A stretch of 64,000 nt of DNA from an uncultured Actinomycetota bacterium. Lineage in GTDB: Bacteria > Actinomycetota > Actinomycetes > Streptosporangiales > Streptosporangiaceae. The notes beneath the pieces were generated by a model that was given only the letters and a program-made list of their open reading frames with translations, was not told the origin of the DNA and did no database searches. The DNA lies in NCBI GenBank assembly GCA_963839095.1, contig CAWIUF010000004.1, positions 669-64,668 of the forward strand. The letters run 5' to 3'. A program made the translations under genes and the position numbers. Below, in pieces: positions 27,376 to 40,175 of the stretch. The first letter of the stretch is position 1. The number at the start of each line of letters is the position of its first letter.

Positions 27376-28209
27376 GTGAACACCATGGCAATAGCCAAAC
27401 TAGGCTCGACCGGCGCGGTGATCGACGTGACGCCCCACGAGGAGTTCATCGCCACCGCGGTCACGCTGGAGGACCTCGGGTACCCCGCGATCTGGCTCAG
27501 CGGCGGCCGGCTCGAGCGACTGGAGCAGGTCCTGGCCGTCCTGGAGGCCACCCGCAGCGCGAAGGTCGGCACCTCCATCATCGCCGCGGACCAGTTCGGT
27601 CCCGACGCCGTACTGGACCTTTACCGGCGGGCCGAGGCATCATGCCCCGGCCGGCTCGTCCTGGGGCTCGGCGGAGCGCACGGGCCCAGGCCGCTGGCGG
27701 TCCTCGGCGACTACTTCGACCGGCTTTCCGCCGTCCCCCCGGGGTCACGCCTGCTCGCCGCGCTCGGCCACCGCATGCTGGAACTCGCCCGCGACCGTAC
27801 CGGCGGGGCCCTGCCGATCCTGGTGACCCCGGACTACACGGCGTCGGCGCGTGAGATCCTCGGTGACGCCGTGCTCGTGGTGGAGCAGCTGGTCGTCCTG
27901 GAGGACGACCCGGCGCAGGCGCGAGCCCTCGCGGCGGGGCTTCTTCGCTTCATGCGGACGATCCCCGGTTACCCGCAGAACTTCCGCCGGATGGGGTTCG
28001 CCGACGATGACATATCCGGGCTCAGCGACCGCCTGATCGACGGTCTCGTGGCCTGGGGTGACGGCGCCGCGATCGCCAAACGGGTCGCCGAGCACCGGCA
28101 GGCCGGGGCCGATCACGTGGCCGTGATGCTGGTCAACCAGACGGATCAGCTGAACAGCTGGAGATCCCTCGCCGGTGCCCTCCTGGAGCCGGGGGAAAGG
28201 CAGCCATGA
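27376..28209 (+). CDS. luciferase-like (LLM class, probably F420-dependent) oxidoreductase
   Basis: 277 aa. ..TLEDLGYPAIWLSGG..LVLGLGGAH.. The pattern resembles TIGR03620-type LLM proteins. Confidence 0.7.
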   Translation: MNTMAIAKLGSTGAVIDVTPHEEFIATAVTLEDLGYPAIWLSGGRLERLEQVLAVLEATRSAKVGTSIIAADQFGPDAVLDLYRRAEASCPGRLVLGLGGAHGPRPLAVLGDYFDRLSAVPPGSRLLAALGHRMLELARDRTGGALPILVTPDYTASAREILGDAVLVVEQLVVLEDDPAQARALAAGLLRFMRTIPGYPQNFRRMGFADDDISGLSDRLIDGLVAWGDGAAIAKRVAEHRQAGADHVAVMLVNQTDQLNSWRSLAGALLEPGERQP

Positions 28210-28248
28210 CGACCTCGGCACCGCGCTGAGCACTGAGAAGGGATCAAG

Positions 28249-29037
28249 ATGAAGACGCCGGGAAACCTGCCCGCGATCGTGTCCCGCGAGGAGTGGCTCG
28301 CCGCCCGCCTGGAACTGCTGGCAAAGGAGAAGGAAGTGACCCGGGCCCGGGACCGGCTCAACGCGGATCGCCGCCGGCTGCCCATGGTCCGCGTGGACGA
28401 GCCGTACACGTTCGAGGGCCCGGACGGGCCGGTGGGCCTGCTCGACCTGTTCGAGGGGCGCCTGCAACTGGTGATGCACCACTTCATGCTCAGCCCGGAC
28501 TGGGACACTGCCTGCTCGAGCTGCTCCTCGGCCGCCGACCAGATCGGCCGGTTGCGCCAGCTGCACGTGCGCAACACCACGCTCGTGGCGGTGTCGCGCG
28601 CGCCGTACCCGAAACTCGCCGCGTACCGCGAGCGGATGGGCTGGAGGTTCCCCTGGTACTCCTCGTACGGGACCAGCTTCAACTACGACTTCCACGCCAC
28701 CCTCGACGACCGGGTCGCCCCGGTGCTGCTGCACTTCCGCACCGAAGCCGAGCTCGCCGATGCCGGGATACCGTGGACCGGCGGGGGATGGACCGAGGAC
28801 ATGCGCGGTGAGGAGATGCCGGGCATCAGCGCGTTCCTGCGGGTCGGCGACGAGGTCTTTCACACGTACTCGACGTTCGGCCGCGGCATCGAGGAGTTCC
28901 ACAACGGCTACCCGTGGCTCGACCTCACCGCCCTCGGCCGCCAGGAGGCGTGGGAAGAGCCGAAAGGACGCGCGGAACCACTTGGCCTGCAGGTCGGCGG
29001 TCCCGCCATGCGCCTGCCGGACGAGTACGACACCTGA
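28249..29037 (+). CDS. DUF899 thioredoxin-like protein
   Basis: 262 aa. ..SREEWLAARLELLAKEKEVTRARDRLNADRRRLPMVRV..CSSCS..FHTYSTFGRG... Confidence 0.8.
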   Translation: MKTPGNLPAIVSREEWLAARLELLAKEKEVTRARDRLNADRRRLPMVRVDEPYTFEGPDGPVGLLDLFEGRLQLVMHHFMLSPDWDTACSSCSSAADQIGRLRQLHVRNTTLVAVSRAPYPKLAAYRERMGWRFPWYSSYGTSFNYDFHATLDDRVAPVLLHFRTEAELADAGIPWTGGGWTEDMRGEEMPGISAFLRVGDEVFHTYSTFGRGIEEFHNGYPWLDLTALGRQEAWEEPKGRAEPLGLQVGGPAMRLPDEYDT

Positions 29038-29042
29038 TCAGG

Positions 29043-29654
29043 TCACTCTGCAGCCAGCCGGCTACCCGGGAACAGCCGGCGCGTGTTCGCGGCGAGAGCG
29101 CCGTCCACGGATCCAGCCGGGTCCCCGGCGCCCGCGAGCGCCTGCGCGCCCATCTCCACGACGAACTCAGGCGTGAACGGGTAGTCGCTGCCCGGATGGC
29201 GGGCGACGGTACCGTTGAGAACCAGGTTCACTATCGCCCTGGTGGTGTCGAAGAGGAACTCGATCATCGGCCGCGGCCGATTCAGCGACGTGCTCTCCCA
29301 GCAGGCCGGCGAGGTCGGGTGCACGAACACGCGCGCATGCCGTCGGTCGAGCTCGGCAAAGAGCGGCTCGAGGGCCGGGTCACCGAGGTAGGTTCCGCCG
29401 GCATTGGTCAGCAGGGCCACCCCGTCCACCCCGAGCTGGTCGTAGCAGTAGCGGATCTCAGCCAGAGAACCGTCCACGTCCGGGGTCGGCAGCGCCGCGA
29501 ACAGCCCGAACCGGCCAGGATGCGCTTCCGCGGCCCGATGACCCTCCTCGTTGACCTGGCGAGCGAGATCGCGAGCCGCCCCGTCGTCACCGAAGTGAAC
29601 GCCCGGCGATGAGATCGACAGCAGCGAGGCAGCGATGCCGAGGCGGTCCATCAT
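29043..29654 (-). pseudogene. amidohydrolase-2 (ACMSD-like) gene lacking its N-terminal metal-binding segment and part of the C-terminus
   Basis: Starts at ..MDRLGIAASLLSISSPGV.., so the usual preceding HxH strand is missing. ..VFVHPTSP..FLFDTTRAI.. is present, then a shortened tail. Confidence 0.55.
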
Positions 29655-29700
29655 CGCGACATGCCCGCGACGTTACTCCCGGAGACCGGGCCGGCGACGG

Positions 29701-29970
29701 TCAGCAGTGGGCCGCGCACAGCGGCTGATAGTGGGCTGCGTTGACGGAGTAAGGCCGGCCGGTGTCCGGGTGGCGCTGCTCATGCGGGTCGAGCCCGTCG
29801 TAACCCAGGTAGGTGGCGGGCTCGCTGCACACGGCGCACAGCCTGACCTTCGCGGTCTCGCGCCCGGCGCCGTTGGCCTCGTCCCGCCGGAACCGGATCC
29901 ACAGCATGAGGGAGAACACGGCGACGTGCAGTACCGACAACGCAATGATCAGGATCAGGCTGCTGCTCAC
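29701..29970 (-). CDS. small membrane-anchored Cys-rich (zinc-ribbon-like) protein
   Basis: N-terminal TM segment SSLILIIALSVLHVAVFSLMLWI, then CAVC...(38 aa)...CAAHC. GC3-rich. Confidence 0.5.
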   Translation of the reverse strand: MSSSLILIIALSVLHVAVFSLMLWIRFRRDEANGAGRETAKVRLCAVCSEPATYLGYDGLDPHEQRHPDTGRPYSVNAAHYQPLCAAHC

Positions 29971-30193
29971 GTCGCGGTTCCTCCCTGCCCGCTAAAACCA
30001 GCACCCGCCGCCGTTTCATCCGGCTCCACGGCGCGATCTACGTCACCCGCCGCCCGGCCTTCTGGCCGGTCCGTCCCGGGATGGCGGCTCCGTGGCCGAG
30101 ATGCGACACTAGTGCCTCTGTGGTGCGTTTTAGGAGACTGCCTGTGTCGGTAATCCGTAGTCCTCGACACGGACGCAGGACGGCCGGCGCCTG

Positions 30194-30919
30194 ATGACCG
30201 CAGATCCGTCGTGGGACATCATGCCGGTGGCCGATCCGGCCCTGCGCGACCGCAAGCGGCGGCGCCTGCTCGACCGCAGCCTGATGTGCGATCCGGTGGG
30301 CCTGGCGGAACCGTTGTATCAGCTCCGTGATCGGGATCAGGTCGTGCTGCCCTCCGCCCTGGACCGGATGAGCCGTGAGCTGCTGATCCGCGCCCAGGTC
30401 GCCATCGGCGACGCGCTCGATCCGGTCCCTGACGGTGATCCGGTCACCGACGGGGCGATGGAGTCCCCTGACGTCCTGGCGGAATCCACGCTGCGGTGGC
30501 ACGAGTGGCAGATCGCGATCGCCCTGCGCGATATCACCGACCTGCGGGCGGAATACGAACACAACGCGGCCGCGAGCACCGGGCCCCTGACATCCTCGGT
30601 CCTCGGACCGCAGCACCGTGCCCTGCAGCTAGCCCAGGACGCGATCGAGTCCAGGGTCACCGCGGTGGAACGCTACGCAGCGCAGGTATGCGCGGCCAGG
30701 GCCGCGCTGCGGGACCTGCACAACGCGCTGCGGATCTCGAACCTGAACGACAGCTACCTGGACCTCGTCGCCCGCACCGCCGCCGACGAGCATGCCGTCA
30801 CTGAGATCAGCGGCCTGACCGACCAGGCGACCGCGGCGGCGCAGGCCGTCCGCGACTCGATGCGACAGGTCGGCCTGGCCGCCGAGGCGCTGGCCCTGCC
30901 CGAACCAGCGGCCGGATAA
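30194..30919 (+). CDS. hypothetical, predicted all-helical protein
   Basis: 241-aa GC3-rich ORF, divergent from 29701..29970. No family recognised. Confidence 0.5.
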   Translation: MTADPSWDIMPVADPALRDRKRRRLLDRSLMCDPVGLAEPLYQLRDRDQVVLPSALDRMSRELLIRAQVAIGDALDPVPDGDPVTDGAMESPDVLAESTLRWHEWQIAIALRDITDLRAEYEHNAAASTGPLTSSVLGPQHRALQLAQDAIESRVTAVERYAAQVCAARAALRDLHNALRISNLNDSYLDLVARTAADEHAVTEISGLTDQATAAAQAVRDSMRQVGLAAEALALPEPAAG

Positions 30920-30935
30920 GGCCACCGGGGACCCG

Positions 30936-31141
30936 CTAGCGCCACTGCTCGCGCGGGAGCACCAGGTAACTCGCCTGCCCGCGTCCGAACGGCCAGTCCG
31001 TCCGCTCGTTCTCGACCAGGATGACCGCCAGGTCCTCGGGCCGCACGTACGATGCGCTCGGCCAGCAGTTCCGCCAGCCGGGCGTACGAACGCGCTCTTC
31101 GCCTCGGCGGTCCGGCCCGCCGAGAGCGTCACCCTGACCAT
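30936..31141 (-). pseudogene. 4-oxalocrotonate tautomerase-family gene with two +1 frameshifts
   Basis: MVRVTLSAGRTAEAKSAFVR / RLAELLAERI / VRPEDLAVILVENERTDWPFGRGQASYLVLPREQWR* in three frames. 206 nt, not a multiple of 3. Shifts at ~31078-31084 and ~31045-31052. Confidence 0.55.
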
Positions 31142-31219
31142 CGCCGATCGGCCCCGTGTCCCTCCTCGATGAGTTGACGCCCCCGGAACCGTCTTACCTT
31201 CGACAACGGGAGGTACACA

Positions 31220-31576
31220 ATGGGCGAGGTAATCGCGCATCTGGCGATGTCGCTGGACGGCTTCATCGCCGATCCGGACGACGGCTGCGAGGAGCTGTTC
31301 GGCTTCTTCTTCGAGAGCTCAGTCGAGTCCGCGGTCGCGAAGGCCCGCGAGCTGGCCGGCGACCAGGACATCAGCATCGCCGGCGCCACGATCACCCGCG
31401 GCTGCCTGGACGCCGGGCTGCTGGACGCGATCCAGGTCAGCCTGGTGCCGGTGATCCTCGGCTACGGGATTCCCTGGCTGGCCGGCACCCGCGGCCCGGT
31501 GCGCCTGTCCGACCCCATGGTGATCGAGGACCATGGCGTCACCCACCTCCGCTACCAGGTACGACGGGAGGGCTGA
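31220..31576 (+). CDS. short dihydrofolate-reductase-family (RibD C-terminal domain) protein, probably internally deleted
   Basis: VIAHLAMSLDGFIADPDDG.. N-terminus and ..IQVSLVPVILGYG.. C-terminus, but only 118 aa. Confidence 0.55.
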   Translation: MGEVIAHLAMSLDGFIADPDDGCEELFGFFFESSVESAVAKARELAGDQDISIAGATITRGCLDAGLLDAIQVSLVPVILGYGIPWLAGTRGPVRLSDPMVIEDHGVTHLRYQVRREG

Positions 31577-31579
31577 CTC

Positions 31580-32170
31580 ATGGGAGTCATCCGCGTGGAC
31601 ATGACCATCTCCCTGGACGGCTACGTCACCGGGCCGCGCGACAGCATGGACGACCCGATGGGCGCCGGCGGGTTCCGCCTGTTCAACTGGCTCGACCGGC
31701 GCGACGACCCGGGACCGAGCGGTCAGGTGTACGCCGAGACGATGGCCAGCCGGGCCGTCATCTCCGGCCGCCGCACCTACGAGCACGCACGTCGCTGGCA
31801 GGGCGACCACCACGACGGCGTGCCGATCTTCATCCTCACTCACCAGGTCCCGGACGAGCCGCCGCCGGGCAGCGTCCGCTACGCCACCGACGTGGGCGAG
31901 TGCGCGGCCCAGGCCCGCGAGGCCGCCGGTGACGGCGATGTGGTGGTGATGGGAGCCGGGGCCGCGCAGGCCCTGCTCCGGGCCGGGGAAATCGACGAGC
32001 TGGAACTGCACGTCGTCCCGGTCCTGCTGGGCCAGGGCCGGCGGCTGTTCGACCACCTGCCCGCCGAGTACATCGAGCTCAACCTGGAGCGCTGCCTGAC
32101 CACCCCGGACGTCAAGGACCCAGCGCAGCGCGTCACCCACATGCGCTACCGCGTCCGCTCGGGGGTCTAG
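31580..32170 (+). CDS. dihydrofolate-reductase-family (RibD C-terminal domain) protein
   Basis: 196 aa. IRVDMTISLDGYVTGP...ELELHVVPVLLGQGRRLF... Confidence 0.75.
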   Translation: MGVIRVDMTISLDGYVTGPRDSMDDPMGAGGFRLFNWLDRRDDPGPSGQVYAETMASRAVISGRRTYEHARRWQGDHHDGVPIFILTHQVPDEPPPGSVRYATDVGECAAQAREAAGDGDVVVMGAGAAQALLRAGEIDELELHVVPVLLGQGRRLFDHLPAEYIELNLERCLTTPDVKDPAQRVTHMRYRVRSGV

Positions 32171-32230
32171 CGCTCGCGCTAGCCGCCGCTAATCTCACCG
32201 ACAGCTCCGGGCCCGCCAGGACTACGCCGC

Positions 32231-32857
32231 TTACGCGGAGCCGTCGCCGGTGCCCGGGTCGATGAAGAAGTTGTCGCGGAACAGCCCGGTCGGGTCGTAG
32301 CGCCGCTTGAGCGCCCGGAGCCGGGTCAGGTGCCCGGGCGGGAACGCCCGCTCGAGCACCTCCGGGCCGGTCGCGGTCTCGAAGCTGAGGTACAGGCCCT
32401 CCATCTGCGGGACGAGCTTCTCCCACCACGAGTCGATCCCCGAAGCGCGGGAGCCGAACGCGGCCACGGAGAAGTTCGCCTCCCGCCACCCGTACGCGGT
32501 GGCGTCGGCGGCCACATCGGACACCGCCCCGCCTACGGCGCGGATCGCGCAGAAATACGAGGCGCCTGCCTCGAGCATCGCGGCGACCTCCGTCGCGAAG
32601 GCTGGCGTGAGGTGGCGGACCAGCCCGGAGCGCGAGTGCGGCTCGCCCTGGCCCTGCTGCGGCGCTTCGCTCAGCATCGCCTGCATGAGCTGGTCGTAGC
32701 CGGTCAGCGTGATCGACTGGTCGAGTAGCGGGGCGACGCCGGCGATGGGCTGCAGCCGCTCGATGATCACCTCGGAGTCGTCGGAGTCGACCACCAGCAG
32801 CGCCTGGGCCAGCTGCCGCCCGCCCTGGCGGATGCCAGCCAGCCGGAAATCAGCCAG
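32231..32857 (-). pseudogene. C-terminal half of an FAD-linked oxidase (BBE domain); the FAD-binding N-terminal half is missing
   Basis: ..ATAYGWREANFSVAAF.. and ..LRALKRRYDPTGLFRDNFFI.. (BBE tail). Homology starts at ~32857, abutting the ydbT-like stop at 32850. Confidence 0.6.
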
Positions 32858-34144
32858 CCGGGCCGCTAGCCTCCGCGCTGCGGGCCCTCCGGCCGAGGGC
32901 GGCCAGCTCGTCGAGGAGTTCCCGCGCCTGGTCCGCCGGGCGATCCCGGAACGCCGCGTGCGCCCGCCGCCCGGCCGCGTCACCGTGCACCGAGGCCAGC
33001 GACAGCCGCCGCTGCACCGGCCCCTGGGTGAACCGGACGCTCTGCAGCTTCTCCAGTTTCATGTACACGGTCTTCCTGGTCACCCGCCCGGTGACGGTGA
33101 CCGCCATCAGCTCGTTGTGCCCCGAGGCCAGGAAATGGTAGCTCAGCGGCGCCTTGATCCGCGCCCGGCCGGCGGCCGGGCCAGCTCCGGCCGGTCAGGA
33201 CCGAAGACCAGCCCGATCAGGTACTGCGCCTCGCTCATGGGGCCCACCGGGAGCAGGGCCTTGGTCAGGCCGCCGGCCTGCGGCCCGGAGTCCCGCCCGG
33301 CTACCCCCGCAACATCAACCACAAGACGACACCAGCCGAACGGGCGCCAGATCAGTGGTTGCACCAGCCGGACTGCCTGCACCCGGCGGAACGGGATCGT
33401 CTCTGCCACCGTGCTCAGCAGCCCGCGACGGATCCTTATCCCGTCGTGGGAGGTGGCCACCGTGAAGCCGTAGCGGCCCGTCAGCTGCCGCCAGGTCCTG
33501 GTCACGAGCCCGAGCGCGAACACGCCGAGGGTGGACTCCGACGCGAGGAACAGGGCGGGCGTCGCCTCGGCGGCGGCCACCGCGACGGCCGCCAGGGCCG
33601 CGAACCTGGGCGCGGCCCGCAGCAGCGTGGCCCCGATCACCCGGCCCGCCGGGACACTGATCACCGGGCGCTCGGCGGGCTCCGGGGCGGCCGGGTCGAG
33701 ACCGTGGTGCCCGGCCAGCAGCACGGTCCGCAGCCGGGCGGCCTCCCCGACGGTCAGGTAGGCCAGCCGGTCGCCACCCTTCCCGGCGCCGGCCAGCCTG
33801 ATCCGCAGGCACGCCAGGCCCAGGACGCGCGCCAGGAACGGCCGCACCACGTCGACCGCCTGGATCCGGGCCATCGGGAGCTGCCGGGAATCGCGGCGCA
33901 GCAGGCCCGTCTCGATGCGCAGGGTGGCGCCGTCCAGCTTCCACCGGGTGACCAGCCACCGGACGAAGCCGGCCACCACCAGCGCGGCGGCCCCCGCCAC
34001 CTGGATGACGTAGGCCCGCAGGCCGTCGGCCGTCACCAGGCTCAGCACGGCGATGCCGAGCAGGCTGGACAGCAGCCGTCCCGCGTTGATGAACGGCGAC
34101 AGCGGATGCAGGCGATGCCAGCCCGCCCCCAGTTCCTCGGTCAC
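32850..34144 (-). pseudogene. YdbT-like membrane protein with three bPH_2 (DUF304) domains, one frameshift
   Basis: GTG 34144 (GTGA overlap with ydbS-like). Two PH repeats with TM pairs are in ORF 33143..34573. The third (..MAVTVTGRVTRKTVYMKLEKLQSVRFTQGPVQRRLSLASVH..) is in ORF 32850..33107. The join is at ~33160-33170. Confidence 0.7.
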
Positions 34145-34635
34145 AGGCCTGCGGCCCTGGCCTCGCCGAGCACGGCGAGGCGGTCCCGCAGGCGCGCGGC
34201 CTCGTCCCGCTCCAGGCCGGGTATCCGCGCGTCGCTGGCGGCCGCCGCCGTGTGCAGCTGCACCGTGGCCAGCCGGAACGCCCGCTCGAACGGCCCGGCC
34301 GTGATCTCGACGTACTGCATCCGCCCGTACGGCACCACCGAGACCCGGCGGACCAGCACGCCGCGCGCCACGATCAGGTCCTCGTCCCGCTCCCGGTACG
34401 CCCAGGCCCGGTAGCGGCGCCGCTCGACCCACAAGACGACTCCCGCCGCCACGGCCACGACCGCCGCTGCCGCCGCTCCCGCCCAGGCGCCCACCGCCAT
34501 CCCGGCCGCGACCCCCGCGACCACGGCGAGCACCGGCCCCGCCACCGCTACCTGACTCAGCCGCATCCGCCACAACCGCGCCGAAGGGACCATCCAGCCC
34601 GGCGACGCGTCAGCAGCCATGACTAAACGGTACAC
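34141..34635 (-). CDS. YdbS-like bPH_2 (DUF304) membrane protein
   Basis: Two TM segments, then ..YRERDEDLIVARGVLVRRVSVVPYGRMQYVEITAGPFERAFRLATVQLHTA... Confidence 0.75.
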   Translation of the reverse strand: MYRLVMAADASPGWMVPSARLWRMRLSQVAVAGPVLAVVAGVAAGMAVGAWAGAAAAAVVAVAAGVVLWVERRRYRAWAYRERDEDLIVARGVLVRRVSVVPYGRMQYVEITAGPFERAFRLATVQLHTAAAASDARIPGLERDEAARLRDRLAVLGEARAAGL

Positions 34636-34710
34636 ATCCTCCAGACCCGGTTCCTTCTGAAAAACCCGGCGGGAGACTCAGCCTTTCCAGGACTGCCGCG
34701 TCATACAGTC

Positions 34711-35238
34711 GTGAGCGGACAGGCGAAGGCTCCCCAGGACACCTGGCGAGCACCGGACGATGTGGTGGCCGGGCTGTTCCGCGAGCACGGCCTCTCGCTG
34801 GTCCGGCTGGCGGTGCTGCTGACCGGGGACCGGGCCACGGCCGAGGATGTCGTGCAGGATTCCTTCCTCAGGTTCCAGCGCGCCCTGCCGCGGCTACGCG
34901 ACCAGGACAAGGCCCTCGCCTATCTGCGGGCCTCCGTCGTGAACGGGTGCCGGTCCGTGCTGCGCAGCCGGCGCCGGCTCCAGTTCGGGACGAACGAGGA
35001 TGGCCCGCCCGTCTCGTCAGCGGAGACAGCAGTCATAGCTGAGCAAGAACGCCGGCTGGTGCTGGCCGCGGTGAGCCGGCTGCCGGTGCGCATGCGCGAG
35101 GTCCTGGCGCTGCGCTACTACCTGGACCTGCCGTACGAGGAGATCGCCGCCGTGCTCGGCGTCACCAAGGGCACCGTGTCCTCGACCATGTCCCGGGCCC
35201 TGGCCGCGCTCGGCCGCGACCTGAAGGAGGAACTGTGA
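34711..35238 (+). CDS. ECF sigma factor (SigE-like subgroup)
   Basis: ..AEDVVQDSFLRFQRAL..LRASVVNGCRS.. and region 4 ..REVLALRYYLDLPYEEIAAVLGVTKGTVSSTMSRAL... Confidence 0.85.
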   Translation: MSGQAKAPQDTWRAPDDVVAGLFREHGLSLVRLAVLLTGDRATAEDVVQDSFLRFQRALPRLRDQDKALAYLRASVVNGCRSVLRSRRRLQFGTNEDGPPVSSAETAVIAEQERRLVLAAVSRLPVRMREVLALRYYLDLPYEEIAAVLGVTKGTVSSTMSRALAALGRDLKEEL

Positions 35239-36379
35239 GCAGGCTGGAGGACCGGCTGCGCGACGCCTACCACGACGAAGCAGGAGCCGTGACGCCCGAG
35301 AGCATCGTCGGCCTCGGCGCGGCGATAGCGGCCCAGTCGGCCGGGACGCGACGGCCGTCGCGATTCAGGCGAGCGCCACGGTGGGGCCGCTGGCTGACCC
35401 CGCTGGCGGCCGCCGCGGCCGTCGTCCTGATCGTGGTCGTGGCGGCGGTGGCCATACCGCACGGCACCGGCCAGCCCCAGGCCACCCCGGGGGCGCCGCC
35501 GACGTACCTGATCGACGACGCGAGCGGGGTGTCGCCGCTGCCGGTGCGCAACGCGGTCACGGGAGCCCTGGTGGCGCGGGTCACGGTGCCGCCGGGGTAT
35601 CCGGGCGGGAACAGCCGCACGTTCATCACGGGCGTCGCGACCGGCAACGGGCGGGACTACCTGGTCGCTGAGTACGCCAATCCCTGCCGGTCGTGGATCT
35701 ACCAGTTCAGCCTGGACCACGCGGGCCAGCCGTCCGCGCTGAAACCGTTCGCCGCCTTGCCGACCGTCCGGAGCGAGCTGTACGGCCTGACCATCAGCGG
35801 CAACGGGCAGCTGGTCGGCTTCACCACGACCGCCTGCATGGGCGCGAAGCCGCAGCCGAACTACGTAGGCGTCACGAACATCCGCACCGGGCGCACCACC
35901 CGGTGGACCGCCCCGGCCGGCAACTCGGTGGACGCCGTGTCCCTCACCGCGGACGGCAAGCAGCTCTGCTACAGCCTCCAGGGCGAGGGACCCCCGTCGC
36001 TGGTCCGGGTCATCCCGACGAATGCGGCTCCCGGCAGCGCCGCCGGTCTCGGCCGGACCGTGGCCACGCCCCGGGCCGGCCACTGGATCTCCTTCTCCGC
36101 CATCTCCGCCGACGGCAGCCAGGTCTACTTCTCCGATGTCCCCGAGTCGAACCTGGCTAACGGCCAGATCCGGGTGACGGACCTGACCACCGGGCGGTCG
36201 CGCGTCGTGTACGCACCCGCGGGGGCACCGGGCCTGATCGCACCTGATCCCGGCGTCCGGCACCTGCTGCTCCAGGTCGGAGCGCAGCCGCCGCAGCCAG
36301 GACGGCTGGTCCGGCTCGACCTGGCCACCGGGAAGATTACGGACCTGCCGTCCCGGCGGTTCGTGCTGCCCGCCGTCCT

Positions 36380-36389
<10 letters not shown>
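35235..36389 (+). CDS. single-pass membrane protein with a beta-propeller-like ectodomain, coupled to the ECF sigma gene
   Basis: GTGA overlap with the sigma stop. TM segment WLTPLAAAAAVVLIVVVAAVAI. Repeated ..DG..L.. strands resembling TolB-type blades. Confidence 0.65.
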
Positions 36390-39980
<3,591 letters not shown>

Positions 39981-39986
39981 TCCGCA

Positions 39987-40078
39987 CCTCCCGTTGTGGG
40001 AGGCGCCCTTGCGTCACGACGAATCGCACGGGACCGAGCGTGGCGGGTGTGTCACCCGTTGCAGCGCCTCTCGCTCCC
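39987..40078 (-). promoter_or_regulatory. candidate SAH (S-adenosylhomocysteine) riboswitch with an SD-sequestering hairpin
   Basis: RNA reads CGAGAGGCGCUGCAAC-GGGUG-ACA-CACCC-GCCACGCUCGG...CAAGGGCGCCUCCC-ACAAC-GGGAGG-N6-AUG. P1 is CGAG/CUCG, the internal hairpin is GGGUG/CACCC, and the 3' tail GGCGCCUC is complementary to GAGGCGC. These resemble remembered SAH-element blocks GAGGAGCGCUGC / CAGGCUCGG / AACGGCGCUC. Confidence 0.6.
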
Positions 40079-40175
40079 GAACCCAGGTTACAGTGTCCGG
40101 CCCCAATTTCTCGACCGAATTCTTGTGGCTAGCCACAACCAGCTGATCATGCGTGCGGCGCGGTGACGAACGCGG

